Shown here: piece after piece, positions 36,956-46,335 of the stretch
Position numbering within the stretch: the stretch's first letter is position 1
Layout: each line of letters begins with the position of its first letter
Source: an uncultured Eubacteriales bacterium
GTDB lineage: Bacteria > Bacillota > Clostridia > Lachnospirales > Anaerotignaceae
Direction: 5' to 3'
NCBI GenBank assembly: GCA_900546215.1
Contig: URCD01000001.1
Location: 15,540-79,539 of the forward strand
Length of the DNA: 64,000 bases
Translations under genes and position numbers: made by a program
The notes under the pieces: generated by a model
Database searches by the model: none
What the model saw: the letters and a program-made list of their open reading frames with translations, nothing else
Told to the model about the DNA's origin: nothing

Positions 36956-37597
36956 TTATAAAAGATTGATAATATTTCCTGACCATTCCATAAGCATTTT
37001 GGAAGAACCGTCAAAATCCTCCTTCCATTTTTCCTCAGCCAGCAGTTCAAGTACAGGCTTATCCTCACCCGTCAGCAGCGGAATAAGATCGGCATTTTTT
37101 TTGATATATTCCTTGTTTTCAAGATAATGTTTAGCTTTGATAACAAACGAAGCCTGTTTTAAAATTTCTCTGAGCGCATCAGGGCTCTTTTCGTGTACAG
37201 CGTTATGAACGCAGGCATGGTATATGTTGCAAGCGCCCATATGTACAAAGCGTCGTATGTCGTAATTGGCTATATATCCCCTTATCCAGTCAATACTGCC
37301 GTAAACTGCAGTTGTGTCATAATAAAACTGGAATAAATCGGTTCTGTCCCAATTGGCCAGCTCCTCGCGCCCAGATATAAAGCCGCATATTTTGTCCCTG
37401 CTTTCCAGACTGGATATGGCAGTTTCATATTTTTTTAAATCCTCATAGGAGAGCTTATCCAATACAACCACAACATCTATATCGCTGTCCGCAGTGGCTT
37501 CACCTCTGCCTTGGCTTCCCTGAATTCCAACAAATAACGTTCTTCCGGGAAAGGTCTGCAGCACCCTCTCGGCAAATCTGTTAAGCCATTCTTTCAT
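36956..37597 (-). CDS. Pol-beta-superfamily nucleotidyltransferase domain protein (ANT/KNTase-like fold)
   Basis: 'GIQGSQGRGEATADSDIDVVVVL' is the G[SG]...D.D nucleotidyltransferase motif, with a helical C-terminal domain. Start 37597 (GGAGGTAAGG RBS) is preferred. Confidence 0.6.
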   Translation of the reverse strand: MKEWLNRFAERVLQTFPGRTLFVGIQGSQGRGEATADSDIDVVVVLDKLSYEDLKKYETAISSLESRDKICGFISGREELANWDRTDLFQFYYDTTAVYGSIDWIRGYIANYDIRRFVHMGACNIYHACVHNAVHEKSPDALREILKQASFVIKAKHYLENKEYIKKNADLIPLLTGEDKPVLELLAEEKWKEDFDGSSKMLMEWSGNIINLL

Positions 37598-37654
37598 AGT
37601 CAACCTTACCTCCAAAATATACGGCAAAGCCGCAGTGTCTACTGCGGCTTATAT

Positions 37655-40606
37655 TTAAAGCAAATAACCGTACTCGTTTTTTACCGTTAAAATTATTGTC
37701 TCAATATTTTTGTCCAGTGTGTTGTTTTCAGAAAGGTCATAATCATTTACCTCTCCGTTTATGCGAACCTTATATTTGTTTTCTCCGAGAGGCAGAAATC
37801 CGTTGTTTTCACTGTCACGGAAGTCCTCTGCGCTGTTAAACAGCGTAAGCTTATCCTTATAGGGTGCGCTGTCATAGGGACAGAAGGTTTTGCAGTTTCC
37901 GCACTCGTTGCACATACGGTCAACATGCAGTATCTGTGCGCCCATTCCCTTTGGCTTAATAATGACGTTGGCCCTGTTGGGGCATACGTCTGCGCAGCAT
38001 TCGCACACAACATTGCAGGAAAGACATCTGTCACCCTCGCATGAGGAAGGCATTTTCAATATTCCCTTTTTCGCCGCGGCTGACTCCTCACATTCATGCG
38101 CGCAGTCGGGGATAACGGCTTCAATGGGTGCATTTGCCACAGCCTTTGCAAATTCTTTGGCATCGGCTATACACTCAACAACCGTAGAGGGCCCCCTAAG
38201 TGCGTCGCCTGCAGCATATACTCCGTCAATATTTGTTTTAAATTCGGGACGGCCTTTTTTGTTTACATCTATGCCCTGGGTTTTAAAGAAGTCTCCGTCA
38301 ACGCCCTCACCGACAGCGGCTATTACTGTGTCGGCATTTATATATATCAGCTCGTCTGTCTCAACGGGGCTTCTTCTTCCGCTTTCATCAGGGTCGCCCA
38401 ATACCATTTTTCTGGCAGTCAGTATGCCGTGGGACTGGCACACTGGAGCGGCAAGCTCAATAAATTCCACTCCGTCGTGTATAGCCAGCATAAGTTCCTC
38501 AGTGTCGGCCGGCATATATTTTTTTGTGCGCCTGTATACAATTGCCACATTTTCTACGCCATCTGCCCGCTTTGCGGCCCTTGCGGCGTCCATTGCCGTG
38601 TTTCCTCCGCCGATAACGGCCACGTTTTTACCAAGCTCAATATTTTTACCGGACTTTAAGTCTCTTAAAAATTCAATTACATTTAACACATTACCATCAA
38701 TATCAAGCTTTCCGGGCTTTTCAGCGCCAACACAGTAAAGTATATGAGTGTAGCCCTTGCCTTTAAGCTCAGAAAGTGAAGGGGCGGGAGTATTCAGTTT
38801 GATTTCAGCGCCCATTTTTTCAATGAGGTCCGTGTCCTTTTCTATAGATTCATCGCTTATTCTGAAGGCGGGTATTACATTCCTTACAATTCCGCCAAGC
38901 CTGGCTTCCTTCTCGTAGACTGTTGTCCTGATACCGCTTTTGCCTAAGAAGTATGCGGCCGCCATACCGGCCGGCCCTCCCCCTACAATAGCGGCCTTGG
39001 CCTTTGATACGGGTTCAGGGGCCTTTAAATTTTTCATTATCTCATCATAGCCGTTTTCCGCCGCCGTAAGCTTCTCCGCGCGTATCATTACAGGCTCTTC
39101 ATAGAAATTCCTTGTGCATTTGTCCATACAGTGATGGGCGCATATGGTTCCGGTTATGAAGGGCAGAGGGTTTTTATCAGTAATAACCTTAAGTGCGTCA
39201 GCATATTTTCCCTGCCTGCACAGCTCTATATATTCAGGGATATCCTGCCCAATTGGACAGCCGCCCTTGCAAGGCGCTGTGAAGCAGTCTGTAAGGGGAA
39301 CCTTTTTATCCAGCTTTCTTTTAGGCAGAGGCTTGATTGGCTTTATATGATGTATGTCAGATTTAGCTGATTCGGAAAGTTCAGATGTCTTTGCGCAGTC
39401 CACACCTGAAAACGGATTAAACGGACAGGCCTCAAGCTTTTGGGCAAGTTGTGTAAGCCTCTGGTAGCCTCCAGGCTTGAGTATTGTCGTAGCGACAGTT
39501 ATAGGCCATATCCCGGCTTCAAATAACTTATCTATGTTGAAATAATCAGCGCCGCCCGAATAGCTGATACGCATCTTTCCACCAAACTGGGCAGCAATTC
39601 GGTTTGCCATTTCAATAGTAAGCGGATAAAGTGCCTTGCCGCTCATATACATTTCCTCAGAAGGAAGCTCTCCTGCCTTTACGTCTACCGGGAATGTGTT
39701 TGAAAGCTTCAGTCCAAATTCCAAACCATTGTCATCTGCAAGCCTTTTAAGCCTTGTAAACATAGGTACAGCATCCTCATACTGCAAATCCTCGTTAAAA
39801 TGGTGCTCGTCAAAGGCAATGTAGTCATAGCCCATATCATCCAGGGTTTTTCTTGCATAGTCATAACCAAGAATTGTTGGATTGCATTTTACAAAGGTAT
39901 GCAGATGCTTTTCTGTAATCAGATAAGATGCTATGCGCTCAATTTCCTGCGGAGGACAGCCGTGCAGTGTGGATAAGGTAACGCTTGTGCATACTTTGGG
40001 CGTAATACTTTCTATATGTTCTGCTTCGGAAGGAAAATATTTTTTAAGAACTGACTTGTATTCATTCCACTGGGGAAGCCTTGAGGCGTCCTTAAGCCCT
40101 TCTATAAAATTATCAATTTTTTCACTCTTTATGCCTTCAAGGTCATAGCCTACGCTCATATTAAAAATAAACCCGTCAGATGAGCCAAGGCCAAATGCCT
40201 TTGAGAATACCTTAAGCGCAAGCCATGCCTTTACGTACTCGTCAAGCGCCTGCCAGACCAGAAGCTCGGTGGACCATTCGCAGTTGTAGCCTTCGTCCTC
40301 CGCCAGTATACACGGCCTTGCTATACACGCCGCAAGCTCCTCGCCGTCCATTATCTGTACTGTTTTAAGCTCGAAAAACCTGCTTCCGGCAAAATAGGCT
40401 GCGATTATGTTCTGCGCGAGCTGTGTGTTGGGGCCGGCCGCCGGGCCGAACGGCGTTTCCATGCTTTCTCCAAATATAGAAAGCGTTTTATTATCTTTTT
40501 TTATGTAGGGGCGCTGTACGCCAAACATTTTTCCGGTGCTATTGTATTCCGTTACCGCCCAGTTTATAAGCCTGTCAAAGGGAATGGGCGTCATTCGTTC
40601 ACTCAT
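37655..40606 (-). CDS. ygfK: YgfK-like large Fe-S flavoprotein (dihydropyrimidine-dehydrogenase-like TIM barrel + GltD-like FAD/NAD(P) domain + ferredoxin domain; 'putative selenate reductase subunit YgfK' family)
   Basis: 983 aa. GltD-like 'CKGGCPIGQDIPEYIELCRQGKYADALKV', dinucleotide fold 'AIVGGGPAGMAAAYFL', and C-terminal 4Fe-4S motifs 'CLSCNVVCECCADVCPN' and 'CNECGNCKTFCP'. Confidence 0.7.
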   Translation of the reverse strand: MSERMTPIPFDRLINWAVTEYNSTGKMFGVQRPYIKKDNKTLSIFGESMETPFGPAAGPNTQLAQNIIAAYFAGSRFFELKTVQIMDGEELAACIARPCILAEDEGYNCEWSTELLVWQALDEYVKAWLALKVFSKAFGLGSSDGFIFNMSVGYDLEGIKSEKIDNFIEGLKDASRLPQWNEYKSVLKKYFPSEAEHIESITPKVCTSVTLSTLHGCPPQEIERIASYLITEKHLHTFVKCNPTILGYDYARKTLDDMGYDYIAFDEHHFNEDLQYEDAVPMFTRLKRLADDNGLEFGLKLSNTFPVDVKAGELPSEEMYMSGKALYPLTIEMANRIAAQFGGKMRISYSGGADYFNIDKLFEAGIWPITVATTILKPGGYQRLTQLAQKLEACPFNPFSGVDCAKTSELSESAKSDIHHIKPIKPLPKRKLDKKVPLTDCFTAPCKGGCPIGQDIPEYIELCRQGKYADALKVITDKNPLPFITGTICAHHCMDKCTRNFYEEPVMIRAEKLTAAENGYDEIMKNLKAPEPVSKAKAAIVGGGPAGMAAAYFLGKSGIRTTVYEKEARLGGIVRNVIPAFRISDESIEKDTDLIEKMGAEIKLNTPAPSLSELKGKGYTHILYCVGAEKPGKLDIDGNVLNVIEFLRDLKSGKNIELGKNVAVIGGGNTAMDAARAAKRADGVENVAIVYRRTKKYMPADTEELMLAIHDGVEFIELAAPVCQSHGILTARKMVLGDPDESGRRSPVETDELIYINADTVIAAVGEGVDGDFFKTQGIDVNKKGRPEFKTNIDGVYAAGDALRGPSTVVECIADAKEFAKAVANAPIEAVIPDCAHECEESAAAKKGILKMPSSCEGDRCLSCNVVCECCADVCPNRANVIIKPKGMGAQILHVDRMCNECGNCKTFCPYDSAPYKDKLTLFNSAEDFRDSENNGFLPLGENKYKVRINGEVNDYDLSENNTLDKNIETIILTVKNEYGYLL

Positions 40607-40668
40607 TGGATTTCATCTCCTTGGGTATTAAGTTTGCAGCCGTTATTCGGATTTTCTGAAAGGGTTTA

Positions 40669-42006
40669 TCAGAGGCTGTAGTTTATATTCTTCCAAAGCT
40701 TTTTGGCTGTCTCAAGAATTTTAGAGTTTATCTCTTCCTCATCTATATCAATAAGCTGTCTGTTATGCATAAGTATTTTTCCGTTTGCAACAGTTGTAAG
40801 GCACTGCCTGCCGTTCATTCCGAATATCATGTGACCGTCAATGTTGTCGGCTGAAAAAGGAGTGTACGGCTTATAGTCCATAACTATAATGTCCGCCGCG
40901 GCTCCCGACTTTAAAACGCCAAGCGGTTCGTCAAAATATCTGGCGCATATTTTTGCGTTGTTCGTAAACAGCATTCCTGTAGCTTCAGCCCAGCCGACAT
41001 TAGGCATTTTTGCGTTATGTCGCTGGATTGCGAGCGCCGCCTTAAGGCTTTCAAGCATATCGTGGGTATAGGCGTCTGTACCAAGGCCGATAAGTATTCC
41101 CCTGTTGTAAAGATTAAGTACTGGAGAACAGCCAACGGCGTTGCCCATATTGGATTCAGGATTATTCACCACCATAGTGTCGCTTTCTCTGATTATGTTC
41201 ATTTCCCTGTCGTTTACATGTATACAGTGGCCAAGTATTGTTTTGGGGCCGAGTATATTCATGTCCCTAAGCCTTTCAACAGGACGTTTTCTGTGTTTTT
41301 CCCATGTATCCTGTACGTCGTTTATGCCCTCGGATACATGTATATGAAAGCCTGTCATACCGTTATTCGCCTCAACGCATTTTTCAAGCGTTCTATCCGA
41401 AAGGGTAAACAGCGCATGCAGTCCAAACATAGCCTTCAGCATGCAGTCTGGCTCGTCTGCCGTATGCTTTATAAAGTCGTAGTTTTCCTTAATGGCCTGA
41501 TTTGCTTTTACCTCGCCGTCCCTGTCGCTTACCTCATAGCAAAGACAGCTTCTTATGCCCATTTCCTTAGCAACGTCCGCAATTTCAAAAAGTGAGGATG
41601 GAATATATCCATAGCTTGCGTGATGGTCAAATATGGTGGTAACGCCATTTTTAATGCATTCTATGTAGGTTGCATATGCCGAGGCTCTGGTGCCCTCCAA
41701 ATCCAGCTTTCTGTCGATATTCCACCACATTCCCTCCAGTATTTCATAGAAATTTCTTGGGTTATAGCCGTTTATTGAAAGACCCCTTGCGAGGGCGCTG
41801 TATATATGAGTATGAGTGTTGATAAAGGCAGGCATTATTACGTTGCCCTCCGCGTCTATTATCTCTGCGTTGGGATATTTCAGCTTAAGGGTAAGGTCGT
41901 CGCCGACTTCCACAATTTTATTGCCCTCAACAGCAACTCCGCCGTCCTCGTAATATGGGTTATCACTGTCTCGGGTAATAACTTTTCCGTTTGTAATCAG
42001 ATACAT
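40669..42006 (-). CDS. ssnA: SsnA-like amidohydrolase (chlorohydrolase/aminohydrolase family associated with Se-dependent Mo hydroxylases)
   Basis: Amidohydrolase metal ligands 'INTHTHIY', 'HASYG' and 'GTDA'. Start 42006 (GGGAGGAA RBS) is preferred over the 26-codon N-terminal extension. Confidence 0.65.
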   Translation of the reverse strand: MYLITNGKVITRDSDNPYYEDGGVAVEGNKIVEVGDDLTLKLKYPNAEIIDAEGNVIMPAFINTHTHIYSALARGLSINGYNPRNFYEILEGMWWNIDRKLDLEGTRASAYATYIECIKNGVTTIFDHHASYGYIPSSLFEIADVAKEMGIRSCLCYEVSDRDGEVKANQAIKENYDFIKHTADEPDCMLKAMFGLHALFTLSDRTLEKCVEANNGMTGFHIHVSEGINDVQDTWEKHRKRPVERLRDMNILGPKTILGHCIHVNDREMNIIRESDTMVVNNPESNMGNAVGCSPVLNLYNRGILIGLGTDAYTHDMLESLKAALAIQRHNAKMPNVGWAEATGMLFTNNAKICARYFDEPLGVLKSGAAADIIVMDYKPYTPFSADNIDGHMIFGMNGRQCLTTVANGKILMHNRQLIDIDEEEINSKILETAKKLWKNINYSL

Positions 42007-42186
42007 ATATATTCCTCCCTCGCTTTTCATAAATTTTTTCAAATAGTCTAAATAAATTTTATTATACTTTGGACAGAAAAGCAATTAAAACATTGGCTGG
42101 AGCAGATACGCATTGTTTATTTTTATCGAAACATATATAATAGAACAAGCCGGACGTAGCGGTTAATAAAATATAGGAGGACTGGA

Positions 42187-42657
42187 ATGAAGCTGCTGTT
42201 TAAGCAAAGACTTTTTACATGGTTTGACAGTTACGATATTTATAATGAAAACGGAGACACACTTTACACCGTTGAGGGCCAGTTTAGCTGGGGACATTGC
42301 CTGCATATTCTGGACAGAAACGGCACGCACGTCGCAACGGTGCAGGAAAAGGTTTTTAGGCTGCTTCCGAAATTTGAGCTGTACATAGGAGATAACCTAA
42401 TCGGCTGCATTGAAAAGGAATTTACGTTTTTTAAACCATCATACAATATAGATTTTAATGGCTGGAGAGTAGAGGGCGAAATATTTGAATGGGATTATAA
42501 CATAATTAACCCTCAGGAGGAAATTGTGGCAGTAATAACCAAGGAGCTTTTCCGCTTTACTGATACATACGTTATTGAAGTAAAAAACAGCGGAGATGCT
42601 TTATATGCCCTTATGCTGACGCTTGCCATAGACGCGGAGAAATGCTCAAGGAATTAA
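42187..42657 (+). CDS. LURP-one-related / DUF567 (tubby-like fold) family protein
   Basis: 156 aa. The 'LFTWFDSYDIYNENGDTLYTVEGQ' pattern is typical of the YxjI/LURP1 family. RBS aggagg. Confidence 0.5.
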   Translation: MKLLFKQRLFTWFDSYDIYNENGDTLYTVEGQFSWGHCLHILDRNGTHVATVQEKVFRLLPKFELYIGDNLIGCIEKEFTFFKPSYNIDFNGWRVEGEIFEWDYNIINPQEEIVAVITKELFRFTDTYVIEVKNSGDALYALMLTLAIDAEKCSRN

Positions 42658-42693
42658 TCCGCTTTTATAGATTATTTTTTTGGAGGTACTGAT

Positions 42694-43725
42694 ATGATAA
42701 GATTTAACAACGACTACAGCGAGGTGGGACATGAGCGCATACTTAAAAAGCTCGCCGATATAAGCGGTACTCAGGTATGCGGCTATGGCGAGGATGAGTA
42801 TTGCAGGGAGGCTGCCGATATAATTAGGAACCTTATCGGAAAGGCCGATGCGGACGTACATTTTCTTGTCGGAGGCACACAGGCAAACCTTACGGTTATC
42901 TCGGCGGCTTTAAGACCCCACCAGTGCGCTCTATGTGCCCAAACGGGACATATAAACGTGCATGAGACAGGCGCGATAGAGGCAGTGGGACATAAATGCA
43001 TGGCAATTAAAACGAAGGACGGGAAGCTTACAGCGGAAATGGTGCGAAGGGTGCACAAAGACCATTGGGCAGACGGTTCGCATGAGCACATAGCGCAGCC
43101 GAAGCTTGTTTATATATCCAATTCAACTGAAATCGGAACAATATACAAAAAGGCTGAGCTGGAGGAGCTTTACAGGGCGTGCAGGGAATGCGGGCTTTAT
43201 CTGTTTATGGACGGCGCAAGGCTTGGCTACGCGCTGGCAAGCAGCGAAAATGATTTGGATTTAAAGACAATCGCCGACAACTGCGACGTTTTTTACATAG
43301 GAGGAACAAAGGGCGGAGCAATGTTCGGAGAGGCCGTTGTTATTATGAATGAGGCTTTAAAGGAAGATTTCAGGTATATAATTAAGCAGAAGGGCGGAAT
43401 GCTTGCAAAGGGCTGGCTTCTGGGCATCCAGTTCAGTGAGCTTTTAAGGGACGGCCTTTATTTTGAGCTGGCGCAGCATGCCGACAGGCTGGCTGATAAA
43501 ATTAAAGATGCCGTTAAAGAGGCCGGTTATCCGTTTTATTCTGAAAGTCCCACAAATCAGCAGTTTGTTATTTTCCCCGACAGCCTTATTGAGAAGCTCT
43601 CGGAGAAATATGTGCTTTCATATCAGGAGAGAATTGATGAAAGCCACAGCGCTGTCAGGATATGTACAAGCTGGGCGACAAAAGAGGAAAATGTGGATAT
43701 GCTGATTAAGGATATAATGGGTTGA
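42694..43725 (+). CDS. Low-specificity L-threonine aldolase (beta-eliminating lyase family, PLP-dependent)
   Basis: 343 aa. 'IRFNNDYSEVGHERIL', and 'GGTKGGAMFGEAVV' fits the PLP lysine region of threonine aldolases. RBS ggaggt. Confidence 0.7.
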   Translation: MIRFNNDYSEVGHERILKKLADISGTQVCGYGEDEYCREAADIIRNLIGKADADVHFLVGGTQANLTVISAALRPHQCALCAQTGHINVHETGAIEAVGHKCMAIKTKDGKLTAEMVRRVHKDHWADGSHEHIAQPKLVYISNSTEIGTIYKKAELEELYRACRECGLYLFMDGARLGYALASSENDLDLKTIADNCDVFYIGGTKGGAMFGEAVVIMNEALKEDFRYIIKQKGGMLAKGWLLGIQFSELLRDGLYFELAQHADRLADKIKDAVKEAGYPFYSESPTNQQFVIFPDSLIEKLSEKYVLSYQERIDESHSAVRICTSWATKEENVDMLIKDIMG

Positions 43726-43730
43726 GAAAA

Positions 43731-43768
43731 TTAAAAAAGGACTTGGAAAATTCCAAGTCCTTTTTGTA
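43731..43768. terminator. Bidirectional terminator
   Basis: aaaaggacttggaa-aat-ttccaagtccttttt. Confidence 0.7.
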
Positions 43769-43774
43769 TATGTA

Positions 43775-44110
43775 TTATTTTGCCTTAGCTACTTTAGCCA
43801 GTACGGTATGCTCTTCAAAATTAGTCTCAACGGCTTTTTTGATTACATCAACATCCATTTTTACATTTTCCATGTCTTCGGACAGAGTGTCCAGCTTACC
43901 CAGCTTTTCAGACATAGCGCTGTAACTCTCAACCAATAACTGTATATTCTTATTTATAACAGTCTCCTGCGTTGTTTCTATTTTAATAAGACGCTTATCC
44001 ATGGCATCCATTTTAGCGTTTAAATCGGCGTTCATGTTGTCCATTTTACTGTTAAGAACAGAAAACATTTCTTTTACGGCACTAATAACTTCGTTTGTTT
44101 CATCAGTCAT
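43775..44110 (-). CDS. Small coiled-coil protein of unknown function, translationally coupled to the XRE regulator
   Basis: 111 aa, heptad-rich with no TM. Start 44110 (AAGGGGGAT RBS) overlaps the XRE stop by 8 nt. Confidence 0.5.
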   Translation of the reverse strand: MTDETNEVISAVKEMFSVLNSKMDNMNADLNAKMDAMDKRLIKIETTQETVINKNIQLLVESYSAMSEKLGKLDTLSEDMENVKMDVDVIKKAVETNFEEHTVLAKVAKAK

Positions 44111-44456
44111 TTTTATCCCCCTTAAAACTTTCATATTCCTTTATTAAAGCAGTCATAGTGGATATTATAAATTCTTTCTCTTTTTGATTTAACTGGTTCA
44201 TTAAAAGAGACAATTCCTTTTCTTTATAAGGGTTATTATTTTCATCATTAAAAAATTCTGACGGAGTTATATCTAGGTACTCACAAATATAGAAAAAACC
44301 TGTCATTGATGGGAACCCACGACGATTTTCTATTTGATTAATATATGCTTCATTTTGTCCAAGATTTAAACTCATATCCCTTGCGGTAACGCCTTTTTTG
44401 ACCCTTAATTCCTGTAACCTTCTATAAAATAAATTTTCTATATCTGAAGAATGCAC
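44103..44456 (-). CDS. XRE-family helix-turn-helix transcriptional regulator
   Basis: 117 aa. HTH 'VTARDMSLNLGQNEAYINQIENRRGFPS'. GTG start with a GAGGAGG RBS. Confidence 0.75.
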   Translation of the reverse strand: MHSSDIENLFYRRLQELRVKKGVTARDMSLNLGQNEAYINQIENRRGFPSMTGFFYICEYLDITPSEFFNDENNNPYKEKELSLLMNQLNQKEKEFIISTMTALIKEYESFKGDKND

Positions 44457-44512
44457 CTAACTCACCTCCTCACAGATTATTATACTTATGTTGTATTTAA
44501 TTAATATGAGAT

Positions 44513-44608
44513 ACAATCCTATATTTATGTTGATATATGCTGGTAAAAATCATAAAATAGATATTGTATAGGATTGTGGCTTATTTTTAAGTGGCAATCT
44601 ATAGGATT
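44513..44608. promoter_or_regulatory. Operator-like repeats: an 11-bp perfect inverted repeat ACAATCCTATA / TATAGGATTGT plus a third TATAGGATT copy
   Basis: Copies at 44513-44523, 44567-44577 and 44600-44608, in the AT-rich divergent region between the XRE gene and the dehydratase operon. Confidence 0.5.
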
Positions 44609-44688
44609 AAAACTAATTTATTTAATTAGTTATGCGATTATATTAAATTTTTTCTCACTTTTATTGTTAAATAAAAAAGGGCGGTTTT

Positions 44689-44961
44689 ATGGCTGGAAAA
44701 ATTATCTGCCTCCGAAAAGACTGCATAGGTAATCTTTGTGATGAATGTCAGCTTTTGGAGTTCTTTGATATCGAAATAGGAAGAAATAAAAAATGCCAAT
44801 TCTATAAAAAAGACAAAAACTACAGAAAAATAAAACATATAGAAAGCCTGAAGCCTGCTGATGACAGGCCTTGGGACGAGATACTGGCCGATATAGACTG
44901 GGACAGCCTGACAGCTAGGATTTTTCATAGTATAGATGAAAAATTAAAAGGAAAAAAGTAA
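44689..44961 (+). CDS. Hypothetical small Cys-containing protein (CxxC...CxxC)
   Basis: 90 aa ORF with a weak RBS. 'CLRKDCIGNLCDEC'. Coding status is uncertain. Confidence 0.3.
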   Translation: MAGKIICLRKDCIGNLCDECQLLEFFDIEIGRNKKCQFYKKDKNYRKIKHIESLKPADDRPWDEILADIDWDSLTARIFHSIDEKLKGKK

Positions 44962-45063
44962 AATTGGGCGGCGGCATAAACATTGACTTCTTTAACCATT
45001 GTGTTACTATTAAATGTAATCTGCTTTTAAATAAATCAGTAAATGGATATAAAGGAGACTGCA

Positions 45064-46335
45064 ATGCCAGACATTATAACAAAATTTGGACAGCATATTA
45101 ATAAAGAAATTGTAAAGAACCCTGATATGGCAAGAAAAGAGCTTCTTTTAGGCTATAGAACATTTAACCTCAAAATGAGATACGCTCCTGACAAACGGCT
45201 TTCACCTGCCAGAAAATATCTGGGCAAGGTGTGCATGGACGAGCATATAAAGTCCTTTGCGCATGCTGATAACTCGGCATTGGTAAGTGTGTTTCTTCCA
45301 TGTGAAATAATACACGCCTTTGGCCTTAACACAATATTTGCCGAGGGCTTTGCCGGATATATGACGGGAGCCTACGCTGAAAAGGCCTTTGTTGAGGCCG
45401 CGGAGGCTGAAGGAATAGCCGAAACCTACTGCTCCTACCATAAAATTCTGATGGGCGCGGCATTTACCCAGGTACTGCCGAAGCCTAAGTTTATTATAAA
45501 TACGTCAATTGTATGCGACGCGAATAATCTTACATTCAGGGCCCTGGCCGACTATTATGGTGTTCCGCAGTTTTACGTTGACGTACCGACAGCGGCAGAC
45601 GAGGAAAGCGTTAAATATGTCGCAGAGCAGCTTAAAGAGATGACAGCCTTTATTGAACGACAGACGGGTAAAAAGCTCGACGAATCCGTCCTTAAAGCGT
45701 CCGTAGCAAGGACAAGGGACTCTATAAACAACTTTAAAGAATGTCTTGAGCTTAAAAAGAACACATATTTAGCCAACGATATTACAAGCGAGATGTATGA
45801 GGTTTTTGCAACGCACCCGCTTTTTGGAACAGAGGAAACCCTTAAATATTCGCAGATGCTTGTTGAGGATTTAAAAAATGCGGAGCCTAAAAGGGGAATA
45901 AGGCTGCTGTGGATGCATACGATACCTTATTTTCAGGAGCCGCTCAGGGACAGGCTTAATTTCAATGAAAAGTGCCAGATTATAAGCTGCGACATGAACT
46001 TTGAAAACCTTGTTGAGACAGACCCCGAAAAGCCCTACGAGAGCATGGCGCGGCGTATTGTTATGAGCAGCTTTAACGGTTCTGCAGAAAACAGGATAAA
46101 TAAGGCCGCAGAGATAGCTGAAAGCCTTGGCGCCGACGGCGTAATTTATTTTTGCCATTGGGGCTGCAAGCAGACGATGGGCGCGGCGGTAAACGCGAAG
46201 AAAAAGCTGGAGGAAAGGGGTTTCCCAACGCTTGTGTTAAACGGCGACGGAGGGGACAGAAGAAATACCAGCGACGGGCAGATACTTACAAGGCTTGACG
46301 CTTTTATAGAAATGCTGGAGGATATGAAAAAATGA
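45064..46335 (+). CDS. 2-Hydroxyacyl-CoA dehydratase family protein (HgdA/HadB/FldB-like component D subunit)
   Basis: 'CSYHKI', 'VCDANN' and 'GVIYFCHWGCKQT' are the HGD-D family cysteine-ligand motifs. Start at the internal Met after the AAAGGAGA RBS. Coordinates are uncertain by +/-1 nt: my reading of the sequence text places the RBS-adjacent ATG one base later than the ORF track implies. Confidence 0.65.
   Translation: MPDIITKFGQHINKEIVKNPDMARKELLLGYRTFNLKMRYAPDKRLSPARKYLGKVCMDEHIKSFAHADNSALVSVFLPCEIIHAFGLNTIFAEGFAGYMTGAYAEKAFVEAAEAEGIAETYCSYHKILMGAAFTQVLPKPKFIINTSIVCDANNLTFRALADYYGVPQFYVDVPTAADEESVKYVAEQLKEMTAFIERQTGKKLDESVLKASVARTRDSINNFKECLELKKNTYLANDITSEMYEVFATHPLFGTEETLKYSQMLVEDLKNAEPKRGIRLLWMHTIPYFQEPLRDRLNFNEKCQIISCDMNFENLVETDPEKPYESMARRIVMSSFNGSAENRINKAAEIAESLGADGVIYFCHWGCKQTMGAAVNAKKKLEERGFPTLVLNGDGGDRRNTSDGQILTRLDAFIEMLEDMKK

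Noticed and set aside
36956-37597. Reading the nucleotidyltransferase as a clear acquired antibiotic-resistance gene
   Set aside because: It sits 57 nt downstream of ygfK and 15 nt upstream of the dehydrogenase in the same orientation, with no mobile-element context. An operonic, metabolic or regulatory role is at least as likely, so it is kept only as a low-interest alternative.
37759-40148. Embedded ORFs inside ygfK (e.g. the 282-aa plus-strand ORF 37890-38738 and the 187-aa ORF 38096-38659)
   Set aside because: Antisense to a 983-aa gene with multiple recognisable cofactor motifs. Ser/Ala/Pro-rich and no RBS.
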